Source: an uncultured Lautropia sp. (lineage in GTDB: Bacteria > Pseudomonadota > Gammaproteobacteria > Burkholderiales > Burkholderiaceae_E). Taken from it: a DNA stretch of 33,655 nucleotides. Below the pieces are notes generated by a model. That model ran no database searches, had not been told where the DNA came from, and was given only the letters and a program-made list of their open reading frames with translations. Position 1 is the first letter of the stretch, and each line of letters begins with the position of its first letter. This document shows, one piece after another, positions 9,642 to 18,580 of this stretch. A program made the position numbers and the translations under genes. The stretch lies in assembly GCA_937858875.1 (NCBI GenBank), contig CALLYQ010000217.1, positions 1 through 33,655 of the forward strand. The letters are read 5' to 3'.

Positions 9642-10097
9642 ATGGCCTCCTCTCGCAGAAAGCGCCGATCTCCCGCGGAGCCCAACCTGCACAGCCTGTT
9701 GAGCCATGCCAGCCGGCAGGCGACTTCCGAGCTTCGCAGAGTCATCGGCGCGGAAGGCATTCCGGTCGAATTCTGGCGCATTCTCGAGGTTCTGTCGGAC
9801 GAGCGTGGCCGTTCGATGTCGGAGCTCGCCGATGAAGCCGGCATGCTGTTGCCGGCCACCAGCAAGCTGGTCGACCGGATGACAGAAGCCGCCCTGATTC
9901 AGCGATCGGCCGATCCGGATGACCACCGCCGCGTGATCTTGCACATCTCCGACTTCGGCCTTCAGAAAGTGGCCGCACTCGACTCCGACGTCGAACGCCA
10001 TCGCACCCGCCTCGGACGTCACTTCACCCCGGAACAGCAGACGCAGCTGAAGCGGTTATTGAAGGATTTCATCGACGCTCATCGGCTCGCAGGCTGA
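9642..10097 (+). CDS. MarR-family transcriptional regulator (~151 aa)
   Basis: WRILEVLSD...SMSELA...ATSKLVDRM...IQRSADPDDHRRVILHISDFG is a MarR winged HTH with the D-x-R wing motif. Start re-called to ATG 9642. Confidence 0.9.
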   Translation: MASSRRKRRSPAEPNLHSLLSHASRQATSELRRVIGAEGIPVEFWRILEVLSDERGRSMSELADEAGMLLPATSKLVDRMTEAALIQRSADPDDHRRVILHISDFGLQKVAALDSDVERHRTRLGRHFTPEQQTQLKRLLKDFIDAHRLAG

Positions 10098-10123
10098 GGC
10101 GGCTGCCGCTGCCGTTCACCCCT

Positions 10124-11227
10124 TCAAGCAGCGGCGACCCCCAACGTATCCACCACCCGGATGCCGAGCCCCTGGACCTCGCCCAGGAAGATCGGGTCGA
10201 CGCTTGCATCGAATGCGCGCTGGCGCCTTCCGGCGCGGACGCTCCCCAGCACAGTGCCCGGAAGTTCCGCCATGACGCCGGCGAGCCGATTCAGGTGAAC
10301 GAAACCCTCGTACACCGATTGCGACAGGGAATTGAGCGTCGGCGCCCGATCCCCGAAACGAGCATGGTAGCGCTCCTTGAAGGCGCCGTTGGCATCGGAA
10401 TCGAGAGTGGCGAAATAGCCGGCGGCGACGAACATGCCGTCGGTGTTTTCGGCGCCCATGCCAAGCACCGCGTTCTCCTCCATGCATACGGACAAGCGCA
10501 TCGCCCGCCTGGCCATGTCAGCGGAACCAAAGGCACGGCAGAAATAGATCGAGTCGGCGCCGACCAGCGAGATCAGCACGGCATCCGCTCCGCTCTCGCG
10601 GATTTCTTCGACGATCGGCTCGAAACCTCTTGCGCCGATGGGAACGTAGCGCTCGCCGACCAGCTGCGCACCGGTGGCGCGGATCGCCGGCTTGGCAAAG
10701 ACGTGCGTCCGGCGCGGCCAGCAATAGTCGCTGCCTAGCAGATACCATCGCTTCGGGCGGTAACGGTTCGCCATCCAGTCGATGGCAGGCAGCAATTGAC
10801 GATCGGGCGTTTCACCGATCGCGTCCACCCAGTCCGGCAGCCCCGTGCCTTCGAAGTGCGGGGTATAGACAAGCGGCACCCGGGCGTTGACGAGTCCGGC
10901 AATCCGTCGGCACACCTCGGTGTTCGACAAGGCAACCAGCGCATCGACCTCGTGGTTGTCGATCAGTTCCTCCAGCTCGACGTCCAAGGTGGTCGAAGTT
11001 TCGCTGGAGTTCAGAACCGTGAGCCGGACCTCGCGGCCGTCGAGCCCGTCTGCTTCGTTCCAGGCGTCGCGGGCGAGCCGCGCACACGCATAGGCCGATG
11101 GCCCGAGGATCCCGAGAGCACCGGACACCGGTATCAACAATCCGACATTGAATGGCCGGGACGGGGCGGCACGACGCGGCCTCGGCTTCCGTCCCAAGAC
11201 AGTAGCGGGTTTCATGTCTCCTCGCAT
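10124..11227 (-). CDS. AmiC/NhhC-like type I periplasmic-binding-fold protein, no signal peptide (probable cytoplasmic amide sensor)
   Basis: VGLLIPVSG...GLDGREV, YTPHFEG, GETPDRQLLPAIDW and LGSDYCWPR match the AmiC/UrtA-type family. The N-terminus is basic but has no hydrophobic h-region. Start may be 11215. Confidence 0.8.
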   Translation of the reverse strand: MRGDMKPATVLGRKPRPRRAAPSRPFNVGLLIPVSGALGILGPSAYACARLARDAWNEADGLDGREVRLTVLNSSETSTTLDVELEELIDNHEVDALVALSNTEVCRRIAGLVNARVPLVYTPHFEGTGLPDWVDAIGETPDRQLLPAIDWMANRYRPKRWYLLGSDYCWPRRTHVFAKPAIRATGAQLVGERYVPIGARGFEPIVEEIRESGADAVLISLVGADSIYFCRAFGSADMARRAMRLSVCMEENAVLGMGAENTDGMFVAAGYFATLDSDANGAFKERYHARFGDRAPTLNSLSQSVYEGFVHLNRLAGVMAELPGTVLGSVRAGRRQRAFDASVDPIFLGEVQGLGIRVVDTLGVAAA

Positions 11228-11371
11228 TTCTTGCAGTCCCCACCGGAATCCAATCGGCGAGCGCGGCGCTCAGGATCGCAAGCGACGTCGTTGTTCTTCT
11301 TCGTCGCGCGGATGAGAAGCATAACGCGATTCTCGGGCTGTCGGACAAGCCTCTCGCGGTCGTCTCTTGTG

Positions 11372-11401
11372 TTGACGGTCTTCCTGCTGCTGGCGTAGGA
11401 T
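11372..11401 (+). promoter_or_regulatory. Putative sigma70 promoter of the nitrilase-ABC operon
   Basis: TTGACG (11372-11377), 18-nt spacer, TAGGAT (11396-11401). Confidence 0.6.
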
Positions 11402-11411
11402 GCGCAACGGT

Positions 11412-11429
11412 TGGTTTCCTAGGAAACCA
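11412..11429. promoter_or_regulatory. Perfect 18-bp palindrome TGGTTTCCTAGGAAACCA, putative repressor operator
   Basis: Perfect inverted repeat, AT-rich for this genome, starting 10 nt after the -10 box, i.e. just past the expected start site. Confidence 0.75.
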
Positions 11430-11459
11430 TTATTCAATGGCCATCGCCAGAACCGAACC

Positions 11460-12329
11460 ATGCAAGCCGAAAGTCTTGTCCGCGTCGCCTGTGTCCAGAT
11501 GGATCCCCGGGTGGGCGAGCCGGAGGCCAACATTGCAGAGAGCATCGCCCGCATCGAGGCCGCTGCCCACAACGGCGCCCGACTGATCGTATTGCCGGAG
11601 CTGTGCAACTCCGGTTACGTCTTCGAGACTCGCGAGGAGGCCTTCGAACTCGCCGAAGAGATCCCCGGTGGCAAGGCTTGCAGCGCGTGGATCGACGCGG
11701 CACAGCGGTGCGGCTGCTGGATCGCGGCAGGGATCGCCGAGCGCGCCGACGGGAAGCTCTACAACGCCTCGATTCTCATCGGACCCGACGGCTACTTCGG
11801 CAAGTACCGGAAAATGCACCTTTGGGCGGCCGAAAACCTGTTCTTCGAGCCCGGCGATCTGGGTTTTCCGGTATTCAGCACGCCGATCGGCCGGATCGCC
11901 ATGCTGATCTGCTACGACGGCTGGTTTCCGGAGGCCTGGCGCCTCTGCGCGCTGCAAGGTGCAGACATCGTCTGCGTGCCGACCAACTGGGTGCCGATTC
12001 CAGGCCAGGCCCCCGCACAAATGGCCATGGCGAACGTGCTCGCGATGGCTGCGGCGCACAGCAATTCGCTGTTCGTCGCCGCCGCGGATCGGGTAGGCGT
12101 CGAACGCGGCCAACCCTTCCTTGGACGCTCGCTGATCGTCTCCTGCACAGGCTGGCCAGTGGCCGGGCCAGCCAGCGATACCGAGGCGCAGACGCTCTTC
12201 GCCGACCTGAACCTGTCCGAAGCGCGCCGCATGCGCAACTGGAACGAGTTCAACCAGATCCTGCGCGACCGACGTACCGACGCCTACGACCGAATGCTCG
12301 GCTCCGACGCAAAGCCCGGCTGGTACTGA
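11460..12329 (+). CDS. Nitrilase-superfamily carbon-nitrogen hydrolase (amidase/N-carbamoylase-like, ~289 aa)
   Basis: Glu-Lys-Cys triad in LPELCNSGY, YRKMHLW and ICYDGWFPE; C-terminal DRRTDAY. Start re-called to ATG 11460 because the ORF-track start lies inside the promoter. Confidence 0.88.
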   Translation: MQAESLVRVACVQMDPRVGEPEANIAESIARIEAAAHNGARLIVLPELCNSGYVFETREEAFELAEEIPGGKACSAWIDAAQRCGCWIAAGIAERADGKLYNASILIGPDGYFGKYRKMHLWAAENLFFEPGDLGFPVFSTPIGRIAMLICYDGWFPEAWRLCALQGADIVCVPTNWVPIPGQAPAQMAMANVLAMAAAHSNSLFVAAADRVGVERGQPFLGRSLIVSCTGWPVAGPASDTEAQTLFADLNLSEARRMRNWNEFNQILRDRRTDAYDRMLGSDAKPGWY

Positions 12330-12350
12330 GCGACGCGACCGGCCCGGAAG

Positions 12351-13211
12351 ATGCCCGATTTCCTGATTCGCCTTGCGTTCGACATCGTCGCGTTCACGTC
12401 GGTGATGGTGCTGATCGTGCTCGGGCTGGGCGTCATAGCCAGCATGATGGGAATCTTCAATTTCGCCCACGGCGAACTGGTCATGCTGGGCGCGTTCACG
12501 GTGTTCCTGGCCCACGACGCCGGCATCGACATCTGGCTCGGCATCCTCGCCGCACCGCTGGTGGTCGGACTGTTCGGCTACGTCCTCGAGCGTTCGATCA
12601 TCCGTCGCTTCTATGCGTCGCCGATCATCGCGATGCTCGGCACCTACGCCATCGGCCTGATCATTCGCGAGATCGTGCGTGGTGTGCTCGGCGGACACTA
12701 CAAGTCCGTTCCGGAACCGTGGCCCGGTTTCTTCACCGTCGGCGGCCTCGAGTTCTCGAACTGGCGCAGCTTCATCATCGCAATCACGCTGGCAGTGATC
12801 GTGGCGTGCTGGCTGCTCCTGTCGCGAAGCTCGCTCGGCCTGCAGGTGCGCGGTTCGCTCGAAAACCCGATGCTGGCACGAGCCTGCGGAATCTCGACTC
12901 GCAGGCTCTACTCGCTGACCTTCGCGTTCGGTTCCGCCCTTGCCGGACTCGCCGGGGCACTGATCGTTCCGCTCTACCAGCTCTCTGCCGACATGGGCCT
13001 GCGCTTTCTCGTGCAGGGTTTCCTGTCGGTGATGCTCGGGGGAGTCGGCACTTTCGAGGGTCCGGTTCTGGGGGCAGCGGCGGTCGGCGCAATGGCGTCC
13101 GGACTCCCCTGGTTGGTTCCGCCGGTTCTGGCGGACCCGCTCGTATTCGTGATCGCACTGATCATCGTGAAACTACGCCCACAGGGCTTCATCGCAGGAG
13201 TCAGAAGATGA
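12351..13211 (+). CDS. Branched-chain amino acid/urea-amide ABC permease (LivH/UrtB-like)
   Basis: GIFNFAHGELVMLGA, G..VRG..ENP.LARACGI and RPQG motifs. Confidence 0.9.
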   Translation: MPDFLIRLAFDIVAFTSVMVLIVLGLGVIASMMGIFNFAHGELVMLGAFTVFLAHDAGIDIWLGILAAPLVVGLFGYVLERSIIRRFYASPIIAMLGTYAIGLIIREIVRGVLGGHYKSVPEPWPGFFTVGGLEFSNWRSFIIAITLAVIVACWLLLSRSSLGLQVRGSLENPMLARACGISTRRLYSLTFAFGSALAGLAGALIVPLYQLSADMGLRFLVQGFLSVMLGGVGTFEGPVLGAAAVGAMASGLPWLVPPVLADPLVFVIALIIVKLRPQGFIAGVRR

Positions 13212-14467
13212 CGCGTTACGACGAAGACGGCGCGAGCGCTGTCCGCAGCCCCCGCCACCGCCGGGGCTTCCTGTTCGGCGCCGGTGCCTTGGCGGCGGCC
13301 GGCTGGACGGCCGGCGGCACTGGCAGCTGGTTCCTGAAGCCTGCATGGAGTCAGGGCGGCAAGGCCATCCGCATCGGTATCGCGACCGACATCACCGGCG
13401 CGATGGCGCCCTCGGGCAATTCGTGCTGGCAGGTCGCCCAGTTCGCGGTCGAACAGATCAACGCCGCCGGCGGAATCGCCGGCCGGCCCGTCGAGCTGTT
13501 CCTGGAGGACACGGCCACCGATTCCAAGGTTGCCGTGGCCAATGTACGCAAGCTGATCCAGCAGCAGAAGGTCGACCTCGTGATCGGCGGCATCCTCAGC
13601 GCAACCCGGCAGGCGATCAAGGATCCGATCGTCAACCGGGGCCGCACGCTGTACATCTATCCGCAGCTGTACGAAGGCGAGGAATGCACGCCCCACCTGT
13701 TCAACACCGGCCCCACGCCGGCGCAACAGGTGGATACGCTGATTCCATACCTGATCAAGACCGTCGGCAAGAAACGTTTCGCCCTGCCCTCGGCGAACTA
13801 CGTCTGGCCACAGTTGCTGAACAAGCACGCGCGCACGGTCATCGAGGCCAACGGCGGCGAAGTCGTCTTCGAGGAGTACTACCCGCTCGATCAGCCGGAG
13901 TACTCGGCCACGATCAACAAGATTCGCGACGGCAAGGTCGATTGCGTGCTGAGCACGATCGTGCCGCCGGGATTGCAGCCGTTCTCGAAGCAACTGTACG
14001 AATCCGGTTTCCAGAAGAATGGCGGCCACGTAGTCTCGGTCTATTTCGACGAAAACTCGCTGAACTTCGTTCCGGAACGCGAACTCGAGGGCGTCTACAG
14101 CTGCCTGGATTTCTTCCACACCGTCGACGATCCCTACAGCAAGGCGATGCTCGCGGCCTACGACAAGAAGTTTCCCGGGAGCAAGTACCTGTTCACGGCC
14201 GGCAGTTCCTCGTCCGGCACTTATCGCGGCATCCGGCTCTACGAGGCGGCGGTGAAGGCCACCAACGGCGACACCGCGCGCGAGGCAACCTCAGCTGCAT
14301 TGCAAAACGCGAAGATCGCCAATGGCCCCGGTGGCGGCGCCGAGATGGTGCCGGGCAAGATGCACGCGAAGATGAACATGTACATCGCCCAATGCCGCCG
14401 CACGGACGGCAAGCTGAGCTGGAGCATCGTCCAGCGGGACGAGATGGTCGATCCGAAGGAGTGCTGA
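13208..14467 (+). CDS. ABC substrate-binding protein, UrtA/AmiC-like, with probable Tat signal (~419 aa)
   Basis: ATGA overlap with the permease stop. HRRGFL twin-arginine motif followed by a hydrophobic stretch and AWS-Q. INAAGGIAGRPVEL, YPQLYEG and NYVWP motifs. Confidence 0.88.
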   Translation: MTRYDEDGASAVRSPRHRRGFLFGAGALAAAGWTAGGTGSWFLKPAWSQGGKAIRIGIATDITGAMAPSGNSCWQVAQFAVEQINAAGGIAGRPVELFLEDTATDSKVAVANVRKLIQQQKVDLVIGGILSATRQAIKDPIVNRGRTLYIYPQLYEGEECTPHLFNTGPTPAQQVDTLIPYLIKTVGKKRFALPSANYVWPQLLNKHARTVIEANGGEVVFEEYYPLDQPEYSATINKIRDGKVDCVLSTIVPPGLQPFSKQLYESGFQKNGGHVVSVYFDENSLNFVPERELEGVYSCLDFFHTVDDPYSKAMLAAYDKKFPGSKYLFTAGSSSSGTYRGIRLYEAAVKATNGDTAREATSAALQNAKIANGPGGGAEMVPGKMHAKMNMYIAQCRRTDGKLSWSIVQRDEMVDPKEC

Positions 14468-14471
14468 GCCG

Positions 14472-15581
14472 ATGGCCGGCGAACGAGCTTCGACCGTGCC
14501 CGAGGACACACGGTCACCCGGCCGGTCGAAGCCGCGGCCACGGCGCGTGCTGCCGATCATCGAGTGGACCTGCCTGGTCGCGGCTCTTGCAGCGCCGCTG
14601 CTGCTCGGCGAGCGCCCGGAGCTGATCACGCTGGCCACGAACATCCTGATCCTGTCGCTGCTGGCCATCAGCTTCGATCTGTGCTGGGGCTACTCGGGCA
14701 TCATGAGCTTCGGTCAGGCCCTGTTCTTCGGGGTCGCGGGGTATGTCGTGGCGCTGGTCGGGCGCGACCTCGAATTCAGCCACGCCTGGGCCACGTTGCC
14801 GCTGGCCATGCTGGTTGGCCTGCTGCTGTCGTTCGCCTTTGCAGCTTTCCTTCTGCTCGGGCGCAAGACGCCGACCGTGATCTTCGTCGCCCTGGGAACG
14901 CTCACCGGATCGTACGCGGCGGAACGGCTCGTATCCGGATGGCAGTACGTCGGTGCGGGCAACGGTCTTTCCGCCGTGAAGCTGATCCAGATCGGGCCCT
15001 ATGAACTCGTCGAGGGAGTCGGCTTTTACTTTCTTGCGCTCGGGCTACTGCTGGCCTGCTATCTCGCCGCGCGCTACCTGGCCCGATCACAGTTCGGACT
15101 GGTGCTCGCGGGAATGCGGCAGAACGAACAGCGGCTCGCATTCTTCGGCTACCGGGTACAGCTGTTCAAGGCGCTGATCTTCTCGTTCGCAGGCCTGATC
15201 GCCGGCCTCTCCGGCGCACTGTTCGCCTATCACCAAGGCTTCATCGGCCCCGGAAGCATGGGGCCCGGCCTGTCGACGATGGCCGTGCTCTACGCGCTTT
15301 TCGGTGGAACAGGCACGCTGGTCGGCCCGGTCGTCGGAACCTTCCTGATCGAGACCATCAGCTACTTCCTGGCCGATCAGGACGCGATCAAGCAGTACTG
15401 GCCTGTGATCCTCGGCATCGCGCTACTGCTGGTCGTGGCATTCAAGCCGACCGGCATCCTCGGCTTCTTCGTCTCCGAGCGGGAGCGTATCGGCTCCTAT
15501 GGCGGCCTCGGCAAGCGCCGAGACAGCGCCCACGCTGCCGGCCTGGACAGAAACGTCGCGGAGCTGGAGCGGCGCCGATGA
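14472..15581 (+). CDS. ABC permease (LivM/UrtC-like)
   Basis: WGYSGIMSFGQALFFG, G..LAGMRQNEQR..FFGY and GGTGTLVGP. Confidence 0.9.
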   Translation: MAGERASTVPEDTRSPGRSKPRPRRVLPIIEWTCLVAALAAPLLLGERPELITLATNILILSLLAISFDLCWGYSGIMSFGQALFFGVAGYVVALVGRDLEFSHAWATLPLAMLVGLLLSFAFAAFLLLGRKTPTVIFVALGTLTGSYAAERLVSGWQYVGAGNGLSAVKLIQIGPYELVEGVGFYFLALGLLLACYLAARYLARSQFGLVLAGMRQNEQRLAFFGYRVQLFKALIFSFAGLIAGLSGALFAYHQGFIGPGSMGPGLSTMAVLYALFGGTGTLVGPVVGTFLIETISYFLADQDAIKQYWPVILGIALLLVVAFKPTGILGFFVSERERIGSYGGLGKRRDSAHAAGLDRNVAELERRR

Positions 15582-16315
15582 ACACCTTGCTCGAGGTGCG
15601 CGACCTGAAGATGCAGTTCGGCACGCTGCAAGCGCTTGGCGGCGTGGACCTCGCGGTCAGCAGCGCTACCTTCCATGGGCTGATCGGGCCGAACGGATCA
15701 GGCAAGAGCACGCTGCTGAAAGCGATCGCCGGCGCGCATTTCCCGACCTCGGGAACGATCAGCTTCGGCGGCCGGGAGATCACGAGAGCGACGCCCTCCG
15801 AACGGTCGCGGCTCGGCATGAGCCTGAAGTTCCAGATCACTGCAGTGCTGCGTGAGCTCTCGGTCTACGACAACGTGCTCCTCGCGCTGCAGGCCGGCGA
15901 AGGCATCTGGTCGCTGCTCCACTCGAGGACTCGCAATGCCCTTCGCGACGAAGCGATGCATGCGCTGGAGCGATTCCGGCTCGCCGCACGCGCCGACGAG
16001 CTGGCCGGGGCACTAAGTCATGGCGAACAGCAATGGCTGGAGATCGCAATGGCGCTCGCACCGCGGCCCAAGCTGCTGCTGCTCGACGAGCCCACCGGCG
16101 GGATGAGCCCCGAGGAGCGCCGGGTCACCGGGGAACTGCTCGCGCCGATCAAGGCCGACTGTGCGCTGGTGATCGTCGAGCACGATCTGGACTTCATCCG
16201 CGACATCTGCGATGTGCTCACCGTGCTCGACCAGGGCCGCGTCCTGGACAGCGGTACGGCCGACGCCATCCAGCAATCCCGGAAAGTGCAGCAGGTCTAC
16301 ACGAGACGAATCTGA
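15578..16315 (+). CDS. ABC ATP-binding protein (LivG/UrtD-like)
   Basis: GPNGSGKST, LSHGEQQWLEI, LLLLDEPT and VEHD; ATGA overlap with the upstream gene. Confidence 0.92.
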   Translation: MNTLLEVRDLKMQFGTLQALGGVDLAVSSATFHGLIGPNGSGKSTLLKAIAGAHFPTSGTISFGGREITRATPSERSRLGMSLKFQITAVLRELSVYDNVLLALQAGEGIWSLLHSRTRNALRDEAMHALERFRLAARADELAGALSHGEQQWLEIAMALAPRPKLLLLDEPTGGMSPEERRVTGELLAPIKADCALVIVEHDLDFIRDICDVLTVLDQGRVLDSGTADAIQQSRKVQQVYTRRI

Positions 16316-16320
16316 TCGCA

Positions 16321-17028
16321 ATGCAGGGCACTCCCCCCAACGTCCTCGGCACCGATGCGCTCTGCTCCGGCTATGGGCGCAGCCAGGTTCTCTTCGAGGT
16401 ATCTCTCGAGGTGCCGGCTCGCGGTGCGATCGCGATCCTCGGCCGGAACGGCGCCGGCAAAAGCACGCTGCTGAAAACGCTGGCCGGCGAGCTGATTCCG
16501 ATGTCCGGCGCCATCGAATTCGATGGCGAACGCATCGAGAGCATGCCGATGGAGTTGCGCGCTCGCGCCGGTATGGGTTACGTCCCCCAGGAAGACGCCG
16601 CATTCTCGGGACTCACGGTCCGCGAGAATCTGCAACTGGGAGCGATACGTCGTCGCAACAGATCGGAAATCGACGAGGTACTGACGGTGTTCCCGAAGCT
16701 CGGCAAGCGACTGGACCAGGCGGCCGGAACCCTGTCCGGCGGCGAACGCAAGATGCTCGCGATCGGCCGCGCAATGCTTGGTCAACCGAAACTGCTGATG
16801 CTCGACGAACCGACGGAGGGTGTCTGGATCGGGGTCATCGAAGAAATCGCCGAGCAACTCGAGAAGTTGTCGCAGACGATGGCGGTCGTTCTCGTCGAGC
16901 AGAACGTCGACCTGGCGCTACGCGTCGCCAGCCGGGCCTATGTGATGGGCCGCGGCCGCATCGCGATGGAAGGGCCTGTCCATGAACTGCGCGACGATCC
17001 GGAACTGATCCGGTATCTGTCGCCATAG
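16321..17028 (+). CDS. ABC ATP-binding protein (LivF/UrtE-like, ~235 aa)
   Basis: GRNGAGKST, LSGGERKML, LLMLDEPTEG and VEQN. Start re-called to ATG 16321. Confidence 0.92.
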   Translation: MQGTPPNVLGTDALCSGYGRSQVLFEVSLEVPARGAIAILGRNGAGKSTLLKTLAGELIPMSGAIEFDGERIESMPMELRARAGMGYVPQEDAAFSGLTVRENLQLGAIRRRNRSEIDEVLTVFPKLGKRLDQAAGTLSGGERKMLAIGRAMLGQPKLLMLDEPTEGVWIGVIEEIAEQLEKLSQTMAVVLVEQNVDLALRVASRAYVMGRGRIAMEGPVHELRDDPELIRYLSP

Positions 17029-17154
17029 CCGCGCTTTGCGAGGCGCAGCGGTGATGTCGACTGGCTGAGCCAGGCGGCCGTCGACTGCCGCCACGAAAGC
17101 AGCAACCGCTGACGATTCGTTGTGCGCGTCCATCGCCTCGCGATTGGAAAGCCC

Positions 17155-17868
17155 TCAAATGGCCAGAGCCGCACGCACGGCATCCGGATCCGAGACCTCG
17201 CGCTCGTCGAGTTGGCGCAGCACGCGTCCCTTTTCGATCACGTAGGCGCGTTCGCTGAGCGAAAGGATCGTGTCGAGATTCTGCTCGACGAACACGATCG
17301 TGGTGCCGAGCTCGTCGCGGATCGCCTTCAGCGTATCGCAGATCAGCTGGACGATCGACGGCTGGATTCCCTCGGACGGTTCGTCGAGAAGAAGCAGTGA
17401 CGGATTGCCGATCAGCGCGCGACCGATCGCGAGCTGCTGCTGCTCGCCTCCGCTCATCGTGCCGGCCAACTGCTTCATCCGCTCGCGCAGCCTGGGAAAA
17501 TATCGGTAGACGTCGTCGTCGAGCTTTCGGCCCTGGGGACCACCAACGAGCCTGCCGACCCTCAGGTTTTCCTCGACCGTAAGCTTCGGAAACACCTCTC
17601 GTCCCTGCGGCACGAAGCCAATGCCGGCTCGGGCACGAGCGTCTGGCTGCAGGCGGGTGATGTCGCGCCCCCGCAGGCGGATGCTGCCGGCGCTTGCATC
17701 GAGCTGGCCCATCAGACAGCGCATCGTCGTCGTCTTGCCGACGCCGTTGCGCCCTATCAGGCTGACGATCTCTGCCTGGCCGATCTCGAGGTCGATTCCC
17801 TGCAGGATCGGCGTATGGCCGTAGCCCGCACGCAAGCCTGCAACCTTCAGCAACGGTTCATTCGCCAT
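17155..17868 (-). CDS. ABC ATP-binding protein (LivF/UrtE-like, ~237 aa)
   Basis: GRNGVGKTT, MSGGEQQQLAI and LDEPSEGIQPSIV (UrtE-type). Start re-called to ATG 17868 (MANEPLL). Confidence 0.92.
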   Translation of the reverse strand: MANEPLLKVAGLRAGYGHTPILQGIDLEIGQAEIVSLIGRNGVGKTTTMRCLMGQLDASAGSIRLRGRDITRLQPDARARAGIGFVPQGREVFPKLTVEENLRVGRLVGGPQGRKLDDDVYRYFPRLRERMKQLAGTMSGGEQQQLAIGRALIGNPSLLLLDEPSEGIQPSIVQLICDTLKAIRDELGTTIVFVEQNLDTILSLSERAYVIEKGRVLRQLDEREVSDPDAVRAALAI

Positions 17869-18580
17869 GGCTCTTGCCCAGGTAGATCTCGGCCACGCGC
17901 GGATCTGAAACGATCTGATCGATATTGCCCTGCGCAAACACACGGCCGAAATGCAGCACCGTGACCTTCTGCGCGACCTGGCGAATGAAGGCCATGTCGT
18001 GTTCGACGACCAGGACGGTCATCCCCTCGGCATTCAAGCGTTGCACGAGCTCGCCGGTACGGAATGTTTCCTCGGGCGACATCCCCGCGGTGGGCTCGTC
18101 GAGCAGCAGCATCTTCGGACTCGACGCCAGCGCCATGCCGATCTCCAGCCATTGCTGCTGACCGTGCGACAGGTCGCCCGCAAGCGCCTCTGCCTGCCGG
18201 CCCAGATCGAGCAGCGCGAGCAGCCGCGCCTGGTCGGCGGGAATCTCGCTGATCGGCAGGCGCCGCTGCAGCGCGATCTGCAGGTTCTGCGCGACCGGCA
18301 ACTCCCTGAACGCGCTCGGTACCTGCATCTTGATGCTCATGCCGCGCATGACGCGCTCATATGGTCTGCGGGCGGTGATGTCCTCGCCGAGGAACAGGAC
18401 CTGGCCCTGCGAAGGCTCGTAGGTACCGACCATCAGCTTGAAAAGCGTGCTCTTGCCGGCGCCGTTCGGGCCGATCAGGCAATGAATCTCCCCGGCACCG
18501 ATCGCCAGATCCACATCTTCGAGCACGCGCAGGCCCCCGAAGCGCTTGTGCAGACCGCGTACTTCCAGCATCGCGTCCAT
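17858..18580 (-). CDS. ABC ATP-binding protein (LivG/UrtD-like, ~240 aa)
   Basis: GPNGAGKST, LSHGQQQWLEIGM, LLLDEPTAGM and VEHDM. Start re-called to ATG 18580 (TGATG overlap). Confidence 0.92.
   Translation of the reverse strand: MDAMLEVRGLHKRFGGLRVLEDVDLAIGAGEIHCLIGPNGAGKSTLFKLMVGTYEPSQGQVLFLGEDITARRPYERVMRGMSIKMQVPSAFRELPVAQNLQIALQRRLPISEIPADQARLLALLDLGRQAEALAGDLSHGQQQWLEIGMALASSPKMLLLDEPTAGMSPEETFRTGELVQRLNAEGMTVLVVEHDMAFIRQVAQKVTVLHFGRVFAQGNIDQIVSDPRVAEIYLGKSHGE

Noticed and set aside
11603-14467. 954-aa ORF that looks like a giant fusion ending in a binding protein
   Set aside because: The first ~535 codons are an Arg-rich off-frame read through the nitrilase and permease genes. The real gene starts at the ATGA overlap at 13208.
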